Source of the DNA: Vicugna vicugna
Lineage: Eukaryota
DNA: 64,000 nt
NCBI GenBank assembly: GCA_013265495.1
Contig: MU060486.1
Coordinates: 248,001 to 312,000 of the forward strand
Direction of reading: 5' to 3'
Every line of letters starts with the position of its first letter. Within the stretch, counting starts at the first letter, position 1. The notes beneath the pieces were generated by a model. It did no database searches, had not been told where the DNA came from, and was given only the letters and a program-made list of their open reading frames with translations. The position numbers were made by a program, and so were the translations under genes. Below, in pieces: positions 29,901 to 42,300 of this stretch.

Positions 29901-30776
29901 GTCAAAGCAGGGCCAATTCTTCCGTGGTTACTTCCCAGCACCTGGGCCCTTGCTGGCGCGACAGCAGGACAGGCGGGCGAGAACGGGCAGGGTGAGAAGT
30001 GACAGTTGGACTGGAGACTGGCCGTGGAGCTGACTGTGCAGGTGAACGAAGACTTGGTTCTGGTTTCAGATTGTGAAGGAGGCTTACCCCGACCACACAC
30101 AGTTTGAGAAGAACAGCCCCCATTATGATCCATCCAGCAAAGAGGACAACCCCAAATGGTCCATGGTAAAGACTACTGTTTTTCCTATTTTATGAGAGGG
30201 AGAGGATGGACAGAGGGAGGAAGGAGGTCTGGGTGTCTTCAGGTCAGGGTACAGAGCGCAGCACGCTCCCTCGGGGGCTCCCTGACTGGAGGGAGGGACA
30301 GACCACGGGCAGCCAGGCCCACAGCACCTCCTGCAGGCAGCTGAGCCCCCCGGGCAGGCAAGCTGGACGCGTCCTCTTGCCCCTCCCGCTGTCATGTAGG
30401 TGGATGTGCAATTTGTGCGGATGATGAAGCGTTTCATTCCCCTGGCTGAGCTCAGAACCCATCACCAAGCCCACAGAGCCACTGGTGGCCCCTTAAAAAA
30501 CATGGCGCTCTTCACTCGCCAGAGACTCTCGGTCCAGCCACTGACCCGAGGTAAGAACGGCCCTTTCCTTTTGACCTGGGACTCCCCAGAGAAGTGGCTC
30601 TGTCCCGAGGGGCCCGGCACAGCAGTGCTGGGCACACAGGGACACGCCTGGCTGGAGAAATGCACCCCGCTTCCCTGTGGAGGGAGATGCCAGCCTCGTT
30701 CTTCCCTTCCTTCTCGCCCTTTTCCATAGAGGAGTTTGACTTTATTCTGAGCCTGGAGGAGGAGGAGCCGAGTTAA
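26893..30776 (+). CDS. THYN1: Thymocyte nuclear protein 1 (EVE/PUA-like domain); whole-gene CDS span, 7 exons, 681 nt = 226 aa
   Basis: join 26893-26935, 28270-28451, 29198-29266, 29577-29669, 30070-30165, 30400-30550, 30730-30776. All introns GT-AG, frame continuous. EVE motifs WLMKSEP, WDGVRNYQARN, AFFYHSNC, PDHTQF, RQRLSVQP. Confidence 0.98.
28270..28451 (+). CDS. THYN1: THYN1 exon 2
   Basis: cag|AC AAG AAG ... GTG AAG|gtgag; ends YWLMKSEPESRLEKGVDVK; 182 nt. Confidence 0.96.
29198..29266 (+). CDS. THYN1: THYN1 exon 3
   Basis: tag|TTC AGC ... TAC CAG|gtaag; FSIEDLKAQPEQTACWDGVRNYQ; 69 nt. Confidence 0.97.
29577..29669 (+). CDS. THYN1: THYN1 exon 4
   Basis: cag|GCC CGG ... ATG AAG|gtcag; ARNFLRAMK...GIAGLMK; 93 nt. 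Confidence 0.97.
30070..30165 (+). CDS. THYN1: THYN1 exon 5
   Basis: cag|ATT GTG ... TCC ATG|gtaaa; IVKEAYPDHTQF...PKWSM; 96 nt. Confidence 0.97.
30400..30550 (+). CDS. THYN1: THYN1 exon 6
   Basis: tag|GTG GAT ... CGA G|gtaag; VDVQFVRMMKRFIPLAEL...VQPLTR; 151 nt. Confidence 0.97.
30730..30776 (+). CDS. THYN1: THYN1 exon 7 coding part
   Basis: tag|AG GAG TTT ... AGT TAA; EEFDFILSLEEEEPS*; 47 nt. Confidence 0.96.
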
Positions 30777-30867
30777 CTGACCGCTGCTGGACAGCACAGG
30801 GTGTGAGGCGCACTCGGCTGTGCTCCCCTGGGGTTGTGTCCAAGGGTGGGCTTGGTGTACTCGTCTC

Positions 30868-30873
30868 AATAAA
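30868..30873 (+). terminator. THYN1 polyadenylation signal AATAAA
   Basis: First AATAAA, 92 nt after the stop codon. Confidence 0.75.
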
Positions 30874-31322
30874 ACGTTAATGTCAAAGCTGGAAGCTGCT
30901 CTCTTACAGCAGCAGTGGGTGTGGTGGGACATCTCACATCCCCTCAGCGAAATGCAGGGCTCCCCTGCTGCCCCGCACCACAGCATGTGCCCAGTGTGGG
31001 GCTCCATCTGGTGACATCTGCTGAAATGACTCTGTCCTTCTGCCCCAGCCTTCCTCATCTGCCCCTCACGTATCTGGCCCCATCGGGGTTTAAACCAGCA
31101 GTTTCAGGACAAGTTGCCAGATGGGGTGAAACCAGAATTCCTTTCTCAGCCATGTGCTTGTCTACAACAGGCCTTGTTGTTCGCCAGGGGCCACAGACAT
31201 GGAGACGGCAGGTGTTGTGTGGGTCTGAGTGGGGGTCTCCCCATGTGTGCAATGGGGCAGCGTAAGGAGAGACCACAGAGCCTGGGGGACCAAGGGCACG
31301 TGCCTCCGAGCCCAGGGCCTGC

Positions 31323-31328
31323 TTTAAT
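31323..31328 (-). terminator. Candidate VPS26B polyadenylation signal ATTAAA
   Basis: tttaat on +, ~1.8 kb downstream of the VPS26B stop, just before the THYN1 3' end. Confidence 0.4.
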
Positions 31329-33161
31329 TAGACAGCTGAAACAAGAGTTCTTGGTTGAAAACACAGCCACTGGAAAGACGACACGTCGAGACACTTGTGA
31401 AAATCCCCCAGGGAAGGGGACCTTGGAAGGAGGGGCAGGGATCTCCCCATGCTCCCTGGATGGACAGAGGGGCAGAGAATGGGGGCACGGGGAGAGCAGA
31501 AGGCCTGGCCTCTGCACAGCTCCAGAGTCAGAGCAAATCCGGTCTTCTGTTCCCTCAGGACAACAGACGACGGGTCTGAGATGTGGGGGAGCTGGGGAGG
31601 GACTCTGCTGTCAGCTGGGAGGCAGAGGCTCCATGGGACACCAGCCAGCATGGGGGCATGGGAGAGCTGAGTCTCTGACCCGGCGGGGACACAGCCCTGC
31701 CTTCTTCACACACTTGGGGCCCGACCCTGATTGTGTGCTGCTGGGGGGTCCTGTTCCTTTCCTACAGGGCTGTGCTGCCCCAGTCCCCCTCAGGTGCCAC
31801 CCGTAGGCATTCCCTCCAGTCAGGTCTGATCCACCAGCCCTGCCCAGTCAGGGTCCGTGACTGCACTGATTTCTGAGGAAAAGAGGGGTCCCCATGTCCC
31901 ACACTAACTGAGAGGACACACAGGAACCAACCTCTGTGCTTCCCAAATGACAGACCTCAGACCGCCAGACAGTGCACTTGCAGGCCACCGGGGTCGGTTT
32001 GGTCTTTCTAGAAGGGAGAGCAGTTCCTGGTCTCAGTGAGGCAGGAAGGATGTCCGCGTTAACACAACAGGCCTGGGCCCAGTGCGGCAGGGGGCCTTCC
32101 CCTGCTCTAGCCCGGCCAGAATGTCCATGCAGGGGGTTTCTGTGTTTGTGCCTTTAAAGAAAACCTCAGTGGTCCCCAACTCTGGTCAGTCATCTGGTGG
32201 AGCCGGCAGGCAGAGTCACTGTGACGCTGTGGCAGGTCTGCTGAGCCCCCCCCCACATGGCCTGTAGGGAAGGCGCGGGCAAGAGCCTGAAACCCAGCCC
32301 CAGTTCCCAGACACGAAATGGAGAGCAAGGGGATGCGGGCCCACCCGGGAGGCAGAGGGGGCAGGCCCTTCCTGGGACCTTCTCCAGGGAAACAGGCACC
32401 TGGCTGGGGCCTCAAGCAGCACTGAAAACCTCCCCGCTCAGGGCTGCCCTCCGCCACGCACAGCACCTCACTTCCCCACCCGAGTCCCACCCTACTGCCA
32501 TCCACACCCGACACCAGCCCCAGGTGTCCCTGTGCCCAGAGACAATCAGCCACAGGCCCTTCACAGACTCTGTCCAGGACGGTACTGACAAGAGTCTACA
32601 GAAGATGGAGGAGCGAGGTGCTGGGTCCCAGAAAGGGGGGCTTGGGGAAACCTCAGAGCACCACACCTGAGACTCCTCCCGAGGAGGCAGCTTCCTGGTC
32701 TGGAGTCTCCCTGCTGCCACTCAGGACAGGGCAGGCCTGCCGCCGCTGCCATGACCTCAGGGACAGGAGGGGAGTCAACGACGTGACCACCCGGGCCCTG
32801 CTGGCAGCTCTGAGTCCTGGGACGGGCTCTGACCTGTCCCCGGAAGCTCAGAGAGCCAGGGGCCACGGGGCTTGCCCTCCGCACCCCAAGAAGGTGTCAG
32901 GCAGCCCCACACGGAAGGCCTGCAAGTGGCTCTCTCCCCAGATGCTACCCTCCCTAGTCTAACGTCGGCACAGGAGCCCAGAGGGACCACTTCCCAATCC
33001 CAGCCCCTTGGGTTCTTCAGAAAAAAGAATTTACGTCAAAAACACAATTTGTTTCCAGGTTGCGAGTAACGGGTCAGCTGAGCATCACACTGGCCTGCCC
33101 TGGGCACCAGCGTCTGGCAGACCAGCGCTCGGTGGAAGCCCAGCAGCTCGCAGCCCTGGGC

Positions 33162-33308
33162 CTACTGTCTGCTGTTGCCGTCCGACAGCTGGCCGGGGGT
33201 CCGCACCTCCCCCAGGGAGGTCGTGCCCTCGAAGCGCTGTGAGGCGATGGCTGCCTGGTGGGACATGCTCTTCCGAACAATGTCGCCCTTCCGCCACAAC
33301 ACCACCTC
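33162..33308 (-). CDS. VPS26B: VPS26B exon 6 coding part
   Basis: cag|GAG GTG GTG ... AGA CAG TAG; [13 protein letters not shown]...; 147 nt. Confidence 0.97.
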   Translation of the reverse strand, partial: EVVLWRKGDIVRKSMSHQAAIASQRFEGTTSLGEVRTPGQLSDGNSRQ

Positions 33309-36300
33309 CTGCAGAGTGGGAAGAAGTGGTGGGGGTGGGAAGACGTGAGGCGGCGGGGAGACGCAGTGGGACAGGGAGGGGTTTCCCAGGGGCTCTGACA
33401 TCTTCCTGGGGATCTCAGGCAAAAACCTCTGCCTATCTCTCAACAAAGACAGCAGATGTCCGTACCCCCCAGCCCTGGGGCTCCCGGGGATGGCGTGGCT
33501 GGGAGGGCAGAGTGGCCACAGGGGCTGGGTGTCCACGGGTCCCTCGTCCTGGCTGCGGGGCTCTGGGTGAACCACCACTTGGCACAGAGACTAACCAGCT
33601 GTCTCCCCGGCCCACCTGGACCTGGTCTGGCAGGATGCCCCACCCCCGCCCCGGTTCACCTGCTGCTTGAAGTAGCGCCGTTCCTCCTCATCGATCAGCA
33701 CCAGGTTGAGGTAATAGCGCACTGAGAACTTCTTGTTGATGTCCCGCATGGTCGGGGTGAGCTCGTAGCCTGCCAGGAAGAGCCGGATCGGGATGGACTC
33801 TCCTGCAAGGACAGGTGAGCATCAGAGCAAGGGGTAGAGCGACCCCCACCAACACTAGGCAGGGAGGCGCCGGGCGTAGCAGGGACCCCAGGCCCAGGCT
33901 TTCTCGGACGTGGCCTGCTGCCTGCTGCCCACGGACTGGCTGAAACAAAGACATGGCTTGGCCATTCTGTTCTGGCCCTGTCCTGTCTAACGAACGTCCT
34001 CTGCACTGAGACCCTACAGAGACAGTGCAGCAGGGAGCGCGGACAGCACAGGAGGAAGAACAAGGCGTCTGCAGACTCATGCAGTGTCTTTGCGTTGGGG
34101 TTTGAGAGCCTGTGGTCAGACCCTCAGCTATTCATGTGCCCCTCCCTCCGCCCCTCCCCAAATGCGCCTCCCCTCTGACGGGCTTGCAGGGCTTGGTGGT
34201 CTGCAGAACAGGAGAGCCTTGCTCTGGCTCTGGCTCCCCAGAGATGGCCGCTTGACTAAGTCTGGTGCTCCCGTGGCCTTGAACCTTCTCACAGAACTAG
34301 GAACTAGGAATCCAGACTACGCTGTAACTGCAAACGCCTTCCTGCTCTGAGCCTCCCCTAGTGCAAGTTAGGGCAGTAACTGCTGGAAGTGCAGAGTGAA
34401 GGTAAGTGTGAGGCTTCCCCACCGCATGCTGCCCGTCAGTGGTGCAGGGAGGAGGGCCCCCACCGCCCCCTGCAGGCTGGGAGCCGATGGAAGAGTGGTT
34501 GGGCTGGCTCAGCCCTGTCCTGAGGACGCAAGGGTCTGAGAAGCCTAGACACCACTCCCTTCATGGGGACCAGGCAAGATAAACAGAACAAGGCCCTGGG
34601 AGCAGCGGGCGCCCCAGATGGAAACACATCCTTCGTCACAGCGGCTGCAGAGCCCAGGAAGACCGTCCATGCCTGCTCCTCCCAGCAACCACCCCCGTCT
34701 GTCCTGGAGCCCCCACGGCCGCTGGAGCCCTGGGGGTGCTGGCTGGGTGGCTGCTCTTGGCAAGCAGACTCAGAGAATGAGTCATTTCACCTGAGCTAGA
34801 ACTAAGGAGAAGTGACTCTTCTGCTGTAAGCTCTCGCCCACTAGCAGCAAAGAAAGGATGTCAGTAAGAAAAAGTAATAAAATGTTCAAACTGTGTCTGC
34901 TAAACTAGCACTTTTCAAACATGTTTTGTTTTTCAAGAGGCATGACTATTGAGACGCAATCTCCAGTCCTAGCTCAGTCTACAGACAAGTCCAGGTGGGT
35001 CCCTCCTGGGAGATGGTGGGTGAGGGCCTCCCCACCTGCTCACTGGGCCCACAGTGCCCGAGGTCAGGGAGGTACGGGCTGGCCCCAGAAGCCCACCTTT
35101 CGTGGGGGTGCACCCCCCGAGCCCTACACGTGCCTGAGCCCAGCTCTCCCGGGGGCGCATCCCCCCCCAGCCCAGCTCTCCTGGGGGCTGTCACCACCCC
35201 CAGCCCAGCTCTCCCAGGGGCCGTCAACCCCCTCCAGCCCACCTCGCACGGGGGCGCCGTCCATGATCTCGTACTTGGCGATGGTGTCGTTCTCGTGGTA
35301 CACGTTGGGGCCCGTGCCGGTCGTCTCCCGCTTGATGATGTCGATCTCCATGTGCTTGATCTTGATCCTCACCAGCAGGAAGTAGATCTTCCCCACGATG
35401 ACGTCTTTCAGGTGGTATCTGCCAGGAGGAAGCACAGACGCAACGTATGGCCAGCGGCCGACCCCACACGTTACAGGCGCCTCTTTTTCTTCCCATGCAG
35501 CGTGGAGATAATAGCAGACTAAACAGAGCTCAACATGAAAAGCATCCTGGTTCCCGCACGGCGGGTGAGACGGAGGCACAGCACACACCCAGACCCCTGC
35601 CAGCCGTGCTGCAGGACCACCCGGCCTGTTCCAGACCCCTCACAGCGCCACCTGCAACTCCGAGGGCATTCACCCTGCGTGCTTTCGCTTCCTTTATCCC
35701 TCTGGCACTAGCGTGTGTGTTTTTCAGATACCCAAACATGTGAGAGGCCTGGCCCAGCCCACAGGAACCAGGCCCGCTCTTCCTCCCTGAGCCCCACAGC
35801 ACATCTTTGTGGCCCATGGTGAACTGCGGCAGGCTGCCTCCCGACTCCCCGGCTTCTGCCTGGGCCCATCAGCAGTACGGCTGCTCTGCACCAGGCATGG
35901 CCGGCGGCTCAGGACCAGGGTACAGGGTACAGGGTGCTGGCGGGGCTTCAGGGTTCAGCCTCCTGCATTACAGGTGCGGAAAGGGAGTGCAGAGGAGACA
36001 GGTAATCTACCAGGATCTGAGAAGGGGTGGACACAGGGTGTGAACCAGGTTCCCGACTCCCAGGCCTGCGTCTCCCAGCTGTTAAGTGCCACCTTTCTGC
36101 TTCTGACCTCACTGGGGAGACCGCAGACTCCCAAGGGCACTGAGAGAAGCAGCCACTCACAGCATTTCAGAAGGAAAGCTTACTGAGCACAGACTCTTGG
36201 TGTTTTCAGATGTTTATGAACTGGACGCTCCTTTACTCCGGATGAAATCTTACGTATAAGAAACACAAAGGAGCCGCTCTGGGGGGCCCCAACCCCCGTC

Positions 36301-39300
36301 ACTGCACCCTTCTACGGACCTGATCCAAACCCCTCATTTTTCAGATGAGAAACCCAAGGTACAGAGGTTTCAGGCCCTGCTAACCCGAGCCCAGGTCCCC
36401 AGTGGCAGAACAGGACGCTGTCCTAAGCTCCAGCCTGAGCACCCGCGATGCGGCCTGACCTGCAAGGGCAGGGCCAAGTCCGGCCCATCCGATCTCTGCG
36501 TCTCAGGCTCCACTTGGTCTCAAGCACACTGCAGGCTGGCGGCTACAGAGCTCCTACAAGGTGGCACTGCCTGCGGGTGCCCTTCACCAGGCGTGGGGGT
36601 GCTGGCAGGCAGGCACTTCGGGGGCTTTGCCCTAGGAAGGCCTGCCAGGCCCCGAGACTGAGAAACGGGAAGGAGCCTGTTCCCAACTTGTCCCGCCTGT
36701 TCCATACGTTGCCCTGGGCTCCAGGCTGAGGGCAGGGGAAAACGCAGTTCCCCCTTCACAGGAGAGCTGCCTGGCTCAGCCTGCTGCCCTGAGCCTCTGG
36801 ATGACAGCAGGTCTGAGGTGAGGGGCTCCCCCAGGGAGAGTCCTCATTAGAGACTCATTTTTTTAGCTCTCTGTGAATAGACTTTCACGCCTACACATTG
36901 GATTCTCAGACATTTTCAGGCATGTATTATACTGGAAAGATGCTCGTGGCACATTTATGAACTGTTGGTAAGTTTCGTGATGGACAAGCACGTAAGCGTT
37001 TTGATATTCTGACAGGAAGCATGGTTTCAAACATACATGACCAGTTAAAATAATTTAAAGGCCTTTATCAAAAAAGCACCAGGTACTCTGTGCTGTGATT
37101 CATTCTGGCTCAAGGTGGAGGCAGTAAACGGTGTTTGTTTCCTGCTTTTATTTCTAAGCACACACTGTACACGGGCTACAAATGGCAGTGGGGTGGTGTT
37201 CTGAGATTATTCTCATCAGTGGGAGGAGACAGCTGTGCCTAGAATCCAGAACAGATACCTTAAAGTCAGCTGTGCTGGACCCGGGAGGACATCATAGACG
37301 TCTGACGTAAGCTTGCCGTCTTAATGTAACGCCGTGTAGTTGAAGCAGAATGACGTTGTTTCCTGCTCAGCCTACTTGAGCAGCCTGGTGCACACAGTCA
37401 CCGGGCCACTTCTGCGGTGTCCCTGCCGCCGGTCCCCACGAGCCCCCACGCAGCCGGGCCCCTGGCACTCACTTGGACTTATTGTACTCGAACTCGATGT
37501 GCAGACAGTCCTCGATCCCCACCTCCATCTTGATGGAGGAGTTCAGCTCCGGGTACGTGCTCAGGGTGTGAACCACGATGTCTGTCTCCTTGACCACATC
37601 GTTGAGGCGCCGGCTGATGGTGGCTCGGAGGAAATACCTGGAGGAGAGGGGCGTGCGGTGAAGGGCCGCTCCCCGTCCCTCGCCCAGCCGGCCGCAGGAG
37701 TGCCCTGGACAGTGGGCAACTGGGGGCTTTGAATTTCTTTGAGAACTCACCTCTGGGGACCCTCCTCCCAGGAAAAGGGCACTTATACACAAAATTCTGC
37801 AGTTACAATTCCAGGGAGATCAGAGTGCCTCCCCCAAGCCGTCTCCGAGCCCAGGATGCTGCCCGAGTAAAGGTGACTTCTCTGCCTGCACCTGACGGCG
37901 GGCTGCACCTGGTCGTGGCCCCGCCCGCCACCTGCGTGCACCAAGTACAGGCTCTATTTCCACGACTGACTCCTGGCTCTTTGGCACAGAGATCTCATCC
38001 TCTAATGTTTGCATACCATTAATTTAACAATATTCGATTGATAAGTAGTTTTCAACCAGCCGTCCCAGTTAAAAGAGAGGACTAAGTAAGGGAGAAATTA
38101 AGTCAGCAATTCAGCCAGGCATAGGACAGACAGACAGACAGAGCATCCCGGGATGCTCACAGTGCCTGGCAGAGATGGGAAAGCAACAGAAAAACTGGAA
38201 CACAGGGCAAGTGCTCACTCCAATGCAGGATCAAGCGCTGCGGGGCGCCGGTTTGTTCAGGAGGAGCGAGCCTTAGAAGGAGAGCCGTGGAGGGTGGGCC
38301 GCGGTCTGAACAGGGATGGTCTTGGGCTGAGCCTGGGGTCCTGGGGACACGTTAGAAAGCAGTGGCCCTGTGGGTGGTGGGCCAAGCCTGACTGCTGGCC
38401 AGGGCTTCTGCATGGCCTCCCCAGCACCCTGTCCTCATGACTTAACTCTGCGCCAACCCTCAACCGGGGAAGAAACGGCCCTTTACTAAAGCCGGCTAAC
38501 CCTGCCTGGTCAAGCAGTCAGGTGTTGATGGAGACAGCTGAGCTGCCCTCCCTCACCGCCCCCAGGACCGCTCCAGCCCCTCTGACTGCTCAGGATCTCG
38601 GGTCCCTGCCCTGTGGACACGTTGCTTCCACGTCGAGACTCACGGCTCCCTCTCTTCTCTGCCCCATGCTGCTCAAGTAGGGAAAGGACACATGTCCCTC
38701 CCCCCAGCCGCGACGCTCACTGGAACCGCCCAGGGCACATCCAACAGGAAATTGCCCCTGGAGAGGGACACAGGGTCGACATTTTCAAAGGCCCCCAACT
38801 GGCTCTAACATGGGACCCTTGGTAGAGAACTACTGGCATCTTGACCCTTCAACTTTTCCAAAATTTTCAACACATCCAACCTCTCTCCCACTAAAGCATT
38901 TTTCCTTGGAGTTTATAAAAACCCATCACCATCATTCAAAAGTTCACAAACGATAAACACCGGAGAGAGTGTGGAGAAGAGGGAACCCTCCTACGTTGCT
39001 GATGGGAATGTAGTTCGGTGCAGCCATTATGGAAAACAGTATGGAGATGCCTCAAAAGACTGAAAGTAGACTTACCATATGATCCAGCAATCCCACTCCT
39101 GGGCATGAATCTGGACCGAACTCTAATTTGAAAAGCCGCATGCGCCCNNNNNNNNNNNNNNNNNNNNNNNNNNNNNNNNNNNNNNNNNNNNNNNNNNNNN
39201 NNNNNNNNNNNNNNNNNNNNNNNNNNNNNNNNNNNNNNNNNNNNNNNNNNNNNNNNNNNNNNNNNNNNNNNNNNNNNNNNNNNNNNNNNNAGCAACATGG

Positions 39301-42300
39301 ATGGGCCTGGAGATCGTCATATTAAGTGAAATAAGCCAGAAAGAGAAAGAAAATTACCATATGATGTCACCCATATGTGAGCTCTAAAAAAATGCCACAG
39401 GTGAACTTATTTACAAAACAGAAACAGACTGCTTGGGGAACTTTCACGTTCTCCCTCTGCCTGTGTAATGGCAACAAGCTCTCAATCTGGAGCGCTGGCT
39501 AACGTTCCCATTTTAACCTGCTCTCTCAGCACGAAGCCAGAAGTCCTCCTCTAATTGGACACTAACATGTTTCTTTTTCACCGTGGTAAAATACAAAATA
39601 CAGGTGCAGAGCACGCACCCCGAACAGGCCCTCCTGCAAGAGAACTCTACTGAGCTGAGGGCACCGGGCAGCAGCAGACACAAGACAGACCCCGCAGGCC
39701 CCAGAGGTGACCAGTGTCTGCAGAGCACACCTTGCTGCACCCCCCTGCCTGTGCCTCCTGCAACTTGCCTCCCGAGAAACGTGGGTTGTCTGGCTACTTC
39801 TCTGCACAACTGCTCCTCCTCTGGCAGGATGCCGCGAGCCCAGGTTCTCACCACCCAAGTGCTGGGCCGGGTGCTGCTGGACGTGCGGCACCCGTGGGGA
39901 GAAGCCTGTCGTGCGCCTCGCGCTCACCTGTCCTCCGCCACTCTGATCTGCAGGGCCCAGCAGACGAACTGAAGAAGAGTGAAGGAAGTCTCTTCCTCTC
40001 CAACAACAGAGGTAAGGAAACTGAGCACCTGAGCCATTTTCAGGTGCACAGTTCAGTGGCATGAAGTACGTTCGTGCTGTTGGACCTGGAGCCAGGTCCA
40101 CCTCCACCTCCAGCTGTCCTTCGACTTCCCCAGGTGACACTCTGCCCCGCTAAACACTGGCTCCCCCAGCGCCACCCTCAGCCCCTGGCAGCCACCACCT
40201 GCTCTGTCTCCGTGATTTTGACCAAGTGCCTAAAGTAAGTGGACAGACTGTGTTTGTCTCTGTGTTGGGGTGACATTCTCAAGGCCCGTCCGTGCTGCCA
40301 CGGCATCAGGACCCCCGTCTCCGATGCTGTTGGCTGTGTGTCTGTCTGGTCCATTCACTCGTCTATGCACAGGCGGTGCCCACCTTCTGGGTCCTGTGGA
40401 CAGTGCTGCTACGGGCGTGAGTGCACGTAAATCTGTTTAAGTCCTTGCTTTCCCTTCTGGACTTACACAAGCGGCACTGATGAATCAGATGGCAATTCTA
40501 CTTTAAATATTTCAAGAAATCGCCATACTGTTTTCAATGCCTCTCTTTCTGACATAAAACATTTCTGAGAAATCTACTGCAAAAAATAAAATTAAGCAAC
40601 AGTACACCCCAGTGCTGAGCTTAGGTGATGACTAGCTCGCCCTCACTGCAGCTTCTTCTGAGCGCGATCAGGCGACGCTGTCTGAGTACAGCAACCTCAG
40701 TGTGGCAACCTCAGTGTTTAGACCTCTCTGCAAAGACCAAAAAAGAAGAGGCTGCAGTTCCTCTCCTGCTGGGAGGGGGAGACCAGGGAGACGGGAGGAG
40801 AGGGAAGACCCTGCTGTAGCCCAGAAGGTCCCTCACCCAGGCCTCAGGTGATGACCAGGCCTGGAGCCAGGTGTCCAGAATACCACCACACACCCCGGAA
40901 TCAGTCCCCGCCTTCAGAGTTTCCAAGACTAGAACAGTAAAAACAATGCCATGTACTTAAAGATGGGTAGTAATTTTTTAAGAACTTGTCACACTGTGTT
41001 ACATGTTATTCTCTCATCACCCCAAAAGCTGGAGAGGGCAGGTGTCCATTTAGAATCCAAACCTATTCCCCACTTCTCCAGCGACAGAGCTCAGGACCAC
41101 ACCTGTGTGTAGGGCTGCACAGGTGTGTGGAAAGAAGCTGCTGGACTTTCAGGAACTTGACGTACCAGTCGTTAAACAGCATTTACACTTAAATGACACA
41201 TATTTACAGTGAAAAGAATGACTAAGTCACTAAAAACAAAGGTATCACATACTAGGACCCACTGCCTCCTTCCTAATGATCCTGGTAGGCCCCGGCTCTC
41301 TCTGCTCCCGGGGGCGCTCCTGCCCGGTCTGCACAGGTGATGCTGTGGGGGGCTGCTCCGCGCTGGGGATGGCTACACTCCAGAAGCTGACAACCCTGCA
41401 GACCGGGCCCCCCCACCCCGAGGGCCCCGAGACCAGGCACCCCTGCCTCGGCCACCCCTCTCGACACCCACCAGAAAGCTCAGAAATGGGCCGCGTCAAG
41501 TCCTCGTCACCCGGGGTCCTTGTCGCCAACTCATAGGGCTTCTCCACGTGCGTGAACTCAAAGTCGAAGGCCTGGGACTGGGTGATCTCCCCGGGCCGGG
41601 CCAAGTCTTTCACCAGGGACACAAACTCGTGGTGGTTCCCGCGGTCATAGTAGAGTTCTGCGGAGAGAGCGAGGCCTCCTCTACCAGACCCTGGGCTGTG
41701 AGCACCAAGCGGGGCTCCACGTCTGGAAGGCCCCACAGTCTCACTCACCACCCCCTCTCTTCCTGTCCCTTCACTACGGGCCCCCTCCCCTTCCCTTTGC
41801 ACAGAGGCACAGGGAGCCAGGACACTGGGCAGACCAGGGGGCGGGGGGAAAGGGGGTAAGACCAAGACCACCACAGCTCCTTAAACACATTTTAAAAACT
41901 TCTAACTTTTGAAAGCATATCCTCAGTTATTCAATCACATCATCTTTAGAACAACCTTGTGAGATAGCCAGGCCAGGCCCCTCACCCATGTAACAGGTAA
42001 GGAAGCAGAGGCCCAGTGGGGGTCAGTGACTGTGGTTCAGTGACTGTGGGTCAGTGAGTGGCCAAGTCACAGGATCGGTGGCAGGGCTGGGATGAGAGCA
42101 GGTCTCTTGCTGGACTGGTCTACTTCTGTAAGTTGGCCAAAGGGGCAAGGATACACCCCACTTCCTAAGGTTCTGTGAGCACAGGATCAAACAGGCCCTG
42201 ACAGACAGCAAATGCTCCAAGTGGGTGACTACCAGCTACGTCCACCCCGGGAGAGGGGTCCATGTGGCTGAGCTGAGCAGGGTGGCCGTGCTACCCCCAT

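Noticed and set aside
39441-39467. Minus-strand TACACAGGCAGAGGGAGAACGTGAAAG resembles the missing VPS26B exon 2 end (TAC ACA GGG CAG AAC GTG AAG)
   Set aside because: It needs indels, has no flanking splice sites, and sits next to L1-derived sequence. It cannot be told from chance without a statistical test; recheck if the exon 2 break proves real.
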